This document shows, one piece after another, positions 41,537-45,742 of a DNA stretch of 45,742 nt. The notes under the pieces are model-generated. The model worked only from the letters and a program-made list of their open reading frames with translations. It was not told the DNA's origin and made no database searches. Numbering within the stretch: position 1 is the stretch's first letter; every line of letters begins with the position of its first letter. Position numbers and translations under genes: made by a program. The stretch is from Opitutia bacterium (GTDB lineage: Bacteria > Verrucomicrobiota > Verrucomicrobiia > Opitutales > T3Sed10-336), in assembly GCA_003566375.1 (NCBI GenBank), contig PXDN01000418.1:1-45742 (forward strand), in the 5' to 3' direction.

Positions 41537-43018
41537 TTACTGCTGAACGGTCAGGGAAATAAAGCGGAAACTGCCCCGGTGATAAATCAGGAAAGTGTTG
41601 CGCCCGCGCCGCAGGGATTGGCGGGCGGTTTGCACGTCCTCCACCTGGCGGCGGTTGATTTCCACAATGACGGTTCCCACTGAAAGATACTGGGCGTAGC
41701 GCGAGGCCGAATCGACTTCCATCACGGCCACTCCTTTGACCTCGTCGGGTAGCTCCAAATCCCTGCGGATTTCATCGTCCACCGGAGCGACCTGAATGCC
41801 TTCCAACAATTCCGTTTGGGCGACCGTCGCCTGGTCGAGGCTGCCCAGGACAACCTCTTTCACCAATTCCTCATGATCGCGCATGATCGTCAGCTTGATG
41901 GTGGAGCCGGGACGTTTTTGTGAAATGGTCAGGCGGAGTTGGCTGGCGTTCTCCACCCGGCGGTCGTCGATCCGAATGATCACGTCGCCCCGCCGCAAGC
42001 CGGCCCCGGCCGCCGGGCTTTCGGGCAGGATGTCCGCCACGATCGCCCCGCGCCCGTCTTTCACGCCAAAGTCCTCGGCCATGTCGGACGACAAGTCCTG
42101 AATGTTCACGCCGAGAAAGCCGCGCTCCACCGTGCCGGTGGTGATCAGGCTCTCCATTACGTTGGCCACGAGATTGACCGGGATGGCGAACCCGATGCCG
42201 ATGTTGCCGCCAGTGCGGGAAAGGATGGCGGTGTTGATGCCGACCACCCGGCCGGCCGCGTCCACCAACGGACCGCCGGAATTGCCTTGGTTGATGGCCG
42301 CATCGGTTTGGATGAAATCCTCATACCCCTCGGCCCCGAGAATGCGGATGCCCTGGCGGCCGGTGGCCGAGATGATGCCCATGGTCACGGTTTGCCCAAC
42401 CCCGAGTGGATTCCCGAGGGCAAAAACAATGTCGCCCACCCGGATTTGTTCGCTGTTGGCCAGCACCGCGACCGGCAGGTTGTCCTCCTCGATTTTGAGA
42501 ATGGCCACGTCCGTTTTCGGGTCCGTTCCGACGACTTTGGCCTCCAGGTCGCGCCCGTCGGCCAAGGCGACCCGAATCTCCTCGGCGCCTTCGATCACAT
42601 GGTTGTTGGTGATGATGTAGCCGTCTTCCGAAACAATGACCCCGGACCCCAGTCCCTGGCGGCGGCGTTCGCGGGGTTGTTGCTCTTCCGGAATCCCGAA
42701 AAACCGGCGGAAAAACGGGTCATCGCCAAACGGCCCGAATGGCGACCCCCCCCGGGAGCGCGTCACCCGGGTGGACATCACGCTCACCACCGAAGGGCGC
42801 ACCGAGTCCAGGACATCGGCGTAGCTTGTCACCCGGGACGGGTCACCCCGGTCCAGCGGCGTGGAGTCGATTCTAACCTGGGCAAAATCCGGGGTGGTTT
42901 CCGCGGAAACCGTTTCCGGATAGAACGCCTTGACACTCAAGGCTCCCGCGGCGAGCAGGAGAAGAAAAGTCAGGAATTTCAGTCTCATGTATTTTCGATG
43001 AAGTTGGTTGGTTGTCAT
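41537..43018 (-). CDS. htrA: HtrA/DegP-family periplasmic serine protease with two PDZ domains
   Basis: The trypsin-fold His/Asp/Ser contexts are TNNHVI, DVAILKI and GNSGGPLVD, followed by two PDZ-like segments. The start may instead be the ATG at 42988. Confidence 0.9.
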   Translation of the reverse strand: MTTNQLHRKYMRLKFLTFLLLLAAGALSVKAFYPETVSAETTPDFAQVRIDSTPLDRGDPSRVTSYADVLDSVRPSVVSVMSTRVTRSRGGSPFGPFGDDPFFRRFFGIPEEQQPRERRRQGLGSGVIVSEDGYIITNNHVIEGAEEIRVALADGRDLEAKVVGTDPKTDVAILKIEEDNLPVAVLANSEQIRVGDIVFALGNPLGVGQTVTMGIISATGRQGIRILGAEGYEDFIQTDAAINQGNSGGPLVDAAGRVVGINTAILSRTGGNIGIGFAIPVNLVANVMESLITTGTVERGFLGVNIQDLSSDMAEDFGVKDGRGAIVADILPESPAAGAGLRRGDVIIRIDDRRVENASQLRLTISQKRPGSTIKLTIMRDHEELVKEVVLGSLDQATVAQTELLEGIQVAPVDDEIRRDLELPDEVKGVAVMEVDSASRYAQYLSVGTVIVEINRRQVEDVQTARQSLRRGRNTFLIYHRGSFRFISLTVQQ

Positions 43019-43193
43019 AACGGCATGTGGCGCAAAAAATGAACCGGTTCAAGTCCGGACGGAACAACCGGGCCTGCCCCCGCGGCGGCGAGGGTTGCCG
43101 GACAGTCTGCCGGAGCCGGACCGGAATCCATGCGAACGCCGGAAAGGACGGCAAGGACACCCGCGCCCGTCCGGGGTTCCTTTCCAAGCGTTC

Positions 43194-43460
43194 TTACTTG
43201 ATGGCGGTCTCCTTGGCGACCGGCTTTTTCTCCTCTTCTTCCTCGTTGCGGGGTTTGTTTTTCTTCCGCCGAATGGCGTAGCCGGCCACCATGCCTCCGG
43301 CAAAAACCAGCGGCAAAAACAGCAACATGGAAAGTTCGAACTGGCCCCAGAAAAAGCGCAGCGTGACCGGATGCCGGTTCTGAATAATCAGAATCAACAA
43401 AAGTATTCCGGCGGTAATGCCGGCGTAATGGCGTATGGTCCATTCGGATGGTTTCTTCAC
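43194..43460 (-). CDS. LapA-domain (DUF1049) small inner-membrane protein
   Basis: ITAGILLLILIIQNRHPVTLRFFWGQFELSMLLFLPLVFAGGMVAGYAI is followed by a Lys/Glu-rich tail. The GTG start overlaps the upstream stop (GTGA at 43457-43460). Confidence 0.6.
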   Translation of the reverse strand: MKKPSEWTIRHYAGITAGILLLILIIQNRHPVTLRFFWGQFELSMLLFLPLVFAGGMVAGYAIRRKKNKPRNEEEEEKKPVAKETAIK

Positions 43461-44749
43461 AAGACTCCCCTTGTTTTCATTCGTTGCAGCCAACGTTCCA
43501 AATCAATTTCCAACCCCGCGATCACCGTTTCGGTCGGAATGTCGGGTCGGGACAATGCCTGCTGCACACGGGCGTCGAGCAGGCGGCCAACCTCGGCCAC
43601 CCCTGGCGCGTAAAGATTAAACTGGGCGGCCCCGTCCTCCATGGTCTCGGAAAAAACCCGGAGGTTTTCCGGAGGATGAAGGGCGAAAAACTCTTCGCCG
43701 TAGGCCACTTCCCGGAAAGTCGGCACATTGCGCATCCAGTGCATGGAAATGCGGTTCCCCTTGGGCGAAGCGTAAAAACGGACGAATTTGCGGGCCACCT
43801 CCTTGCGGGGGCTGTTTTTCCAAACGGCCAAAACCGTTCCCCCGTGGGCGGTGATGTTGGAAACGGGACCGGCCGGCATCGGCAACACATCCCATTCGAA
43901 AGCGGTCCGGCCGGCGAACTCGGGCGTCATCCACCGTCCGTTAAAGTAGAAGGCCACCCGGCCGTCCCGGAAAAGTTGAAACGTTCCCTGGTCAGCGGCC
44001 ACCTCGGGGGGCACGGCCAATCCGCTGGAGCGCACCCGCCGGATGAAATCCAACGCCTCCACCGCTTCCGGCGTGTTCACGGTAACCCGCGTCGGATGAT
44101 ACAGATCATCGAACAACTGGGCCCCGAATTGCCAAAAAATGATATTGGCCCCCGGCATGAGCATCACGTAATCGGTCGGCGCGTCCGGATCCCCGTGCCG
44201 AGCGGAGAGGCGCGGCGCGATTTCCTCAAGAAAATCCCAAGTCAAGCCCTCCTCTGGTATTTCGATGTTGGCCGCCCGCAAGGCGTCCTGGTTGTAAAAC
44301 GTGGCCTGCCCGTGGGCGTTGATCGGCAGACCAAAGATCCGCCCGTCCCGCTCCACCACCCGGCGGGGAATCGGCAAAAATTCCGATTCCTCATTGAGGA
44401 TGTGGAAATCCTCGGTCAGATCCTCCAAAACTCCGCGCACGGACCATTCGTCGTATTGATTGAGATTCACCATGACGACATCCGGAGCCACGTTGCCGAC
44501 AAACATGGCTTGGATTTTCTCCGGGTAGCGGGACCCGATCACCAACAGGTCCACGGAAATGTCCGGATACTCCTCCTGAAAGGCCAGAAGCATTTCCTCC
44601 TCCGCTTTTTGCTGCTGCACGGACCCCCAGATGGAAAACTGGATGCGGTTGGCGTCGGCCTCGGGAGGACGCGTGCATCCGGAGAAGACAAACAACCCGG
44701 CCAAGACCACGCTGCCCATGACTGCCCTGCGGAGTGGATTTTTTTTCAT
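43457..44749 (-). CDS. Extracellular solute-binding lipoprotein (ABC family-1, sugar type)
   Basis: Trimmed to the ATG of MKKNPLRRAVMGSVVLAGLFVFSGC (lipobox). The remainder is SBP_bac_1-like. No ABC permease or ATPase lies next to it. Confidence 0.8.
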   Translation of the reverse strand: MKKNPLRRAVMGSVVLAGLFVFSGCTRPPEADANRIQFSIWGSVQQQKAEEEMLLAFQEEYPDISVDLLVIGSRYPEKIQAMFVGNVAPDVVMVNLNQYDEWSVRGVLEDLTEDFHILNEESEFLPIPRRVVERDGRIFGLPINAHGQATFYNQDALRAANIEIPEEGLTWDFLEEIAPRLSARHGDPDAPTDYVMLMPGANIIFWQFGAQLFDDLYHPTRVTVNTPEAVEALDFIRRVRSSGLAVPPEVAADQGTFQLFRDGRVAFYFNGRWMTPEFAGRTAFEWDVLPMPAGPVSNITAHGGTVLAVWKNSPRKEVARKFVRFYASPKGNRISMHWMRNVPTFREVAYGEEFFALHPPENLRVFSETMEDGAAQFNLYAPGVAEVGRLLDARVQQALSRPDIPTETVIAGLEIDLERWLQRMKTRGVL

Positions 44750-44868
44750 AACCTCTCCCAGCAAAACCGAAAAAAACCGGCCAGGCAACCCCGGATGAAT
44801 TTTTACCATTTCCGCGGGTGGCGAATCCGAAGTTGCCAATAACAGAGATTTCCCCATGTTGATATGGC

Positions 44869-45742
44869 ATGATATTCCGCAACCATCCCTCCTTCTTCCT
44901 ACGCCCGGCCCCGTTCCGGCTCCTCACCACGCTGGCGGTAATGGCGTTGACCGTCCTCTCCGCGCAGGCGGAACCTCGCCGCACCTTGATCCGCGGGGAG
45001 GCGTCCGGCCCGGCCGCCGTTCTAATCGTGCCGGCACCCTCTCACGAAAACGCCATCGGCATCGCCCAACAGATCGCCACCCTTCCGCTTGAACGGGGTG
45101 CCCTGCTGATTCTGGAAACGGACGGCGCTCCAGCCCGGGATGACATTTCCAGCCTTCTTCGGCAAGCGGGCGCGGCGGGCGATCACCGGCCGGACTGGGT
45201 CTGGTTTTACCAAGGCACGGCGCGCGAAGATTCCGCCGGCGGGGATCTCGAACAACCGACCCTCTTTCTCCACGCCCCCGCGCGGGAACGTTGGACGGCT
45301 GTCGCCACCGCCGCTTTTGCAACGGATGCGGCCCTTGACCCCGCCTCCCGCGACCAAGCCTCCACCCACGCCAAACAGGGCGTCATCGGCTTCACCTTTC
45401 CCCACGGCACCCCCCTCTCCCGCCAGGTCCGCCACGCCCGCGAGTTCACCGTCGCGCTTTTGGCCGAAACCGGCATGACGCCGCGCGGAACCTCCTTCGC
45501 CTGGGAGCGTCTCCGGGAGTTGCATCCGCGACTGATCGCCCTCTACGACGCCGAAGGCATCGGCGGCAACGGTCCGGCCAACATGGAACGAATCGTCTTT
45601 TCGCAAATGCCGGATGTCGGCCTCTACCGGATTTGCGGCGAGGACATTCGCGCGGGCGCACTGACCGCGGCCGACGGGTCGATTTTTCCGGGTGGAAGCG
45701 GACGGGGCATCGGCAACGGGCTGCAAGAGGAAGGGCGCGAAA
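44869..45742 (+). CDS. Secreted hypothetical protein, 3' end truncated by the window edge; the C-terminal part resembles a class-I glutamine-amidotransferase-like / BPL_N-type fold
   Basis: My translation is MIFRNHPSFFLRPAPFRLLTTLAVMALTVLSAQAEP...IALYDAEGIGGNGPANMERIVF...DGSIFPGGSGRGIGNGLQEEGRE, open to the window end. It is not in the ORF track because it has no stop. The listed antisense ORF 45022..45726 looks like a shadow. Confidence 0.5.
   Translation, partial: MIFRNHPSFFLRPAPFRLLTTLAVMALTVLSAQAEPRRTLIRGEASGPAAVLIVPAPSHENAIGIAQQIATLPLERGALLILETDGAPARDDISSLLRQAGAAGDHRPDWVWFYQGTAREDSAGGDLEQPTLFLHAPARERWTAVATAAFATDAALDPASRDQASTHAKQGVIGFTFPHGTPLSRQVRHAREFTVALLAETGMTPRGTSFAWERLRELHPRLIALYDAEGIGGNGPANMERIVFSQMPDVGLYRICGEDIRAGALTAADGSIFPGGSGRGIGNGLQEEGRE

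Overview
GC-rich bacterial chromosomal window. A typical coding line, 10201-10260, has 38/60 G+C by my count. Third codon positions are G/C-biased, so nearly every real gene has a long spurious antisense 'shadow' ORF in the track. I support 34 complete CDS, 2 edge-truncated CDS, 3 short gene remnants, 1 tRNA, several intrinsic terminators and 2 repeat regions. I saw no rRNA, CRISPR array, transposase or integrase.

The content is mostly housekeeping: recD2, acnA, metH, hemC-cobA/hemD-trpF, ilvN-ilvC, dprA, htrA and xylB. Glycan-degradation genes are interspersed: two heparinase II/III-family proteins and a formylglycine-type sulfatase. This gene mix, plus many 4-nt ATGA/GTGA start-stop overlaps, suggests a PVC-group organism (Verrucomicrobiota/Kiritimatiellota-like). 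That assignment is inference only.

I do not see a clear-cut new defence or mobile system. The items most worth follow-up are:
1. A methyltransferase / flavoprotein / type III PKS operon beside tRNA-Val (38679-41459).
2. tRNA-Val(UAC) ending 7 nt before the ilvN start codon, with no ilvB nearby.
3. A small coiled-coil + HTH protein next to an AT-rich island (8959-9682).
4. A threefold, roughly 110-bp tandem repeat upstream of a Uma2 nuclease gene (19442-19800).
5. A STAS / GAF-PP2C partner-switching pair without a kinase, just after acnA.
6. Decayed hicB/hicA-like and phage-type HTH remnants that the ORF track misses.
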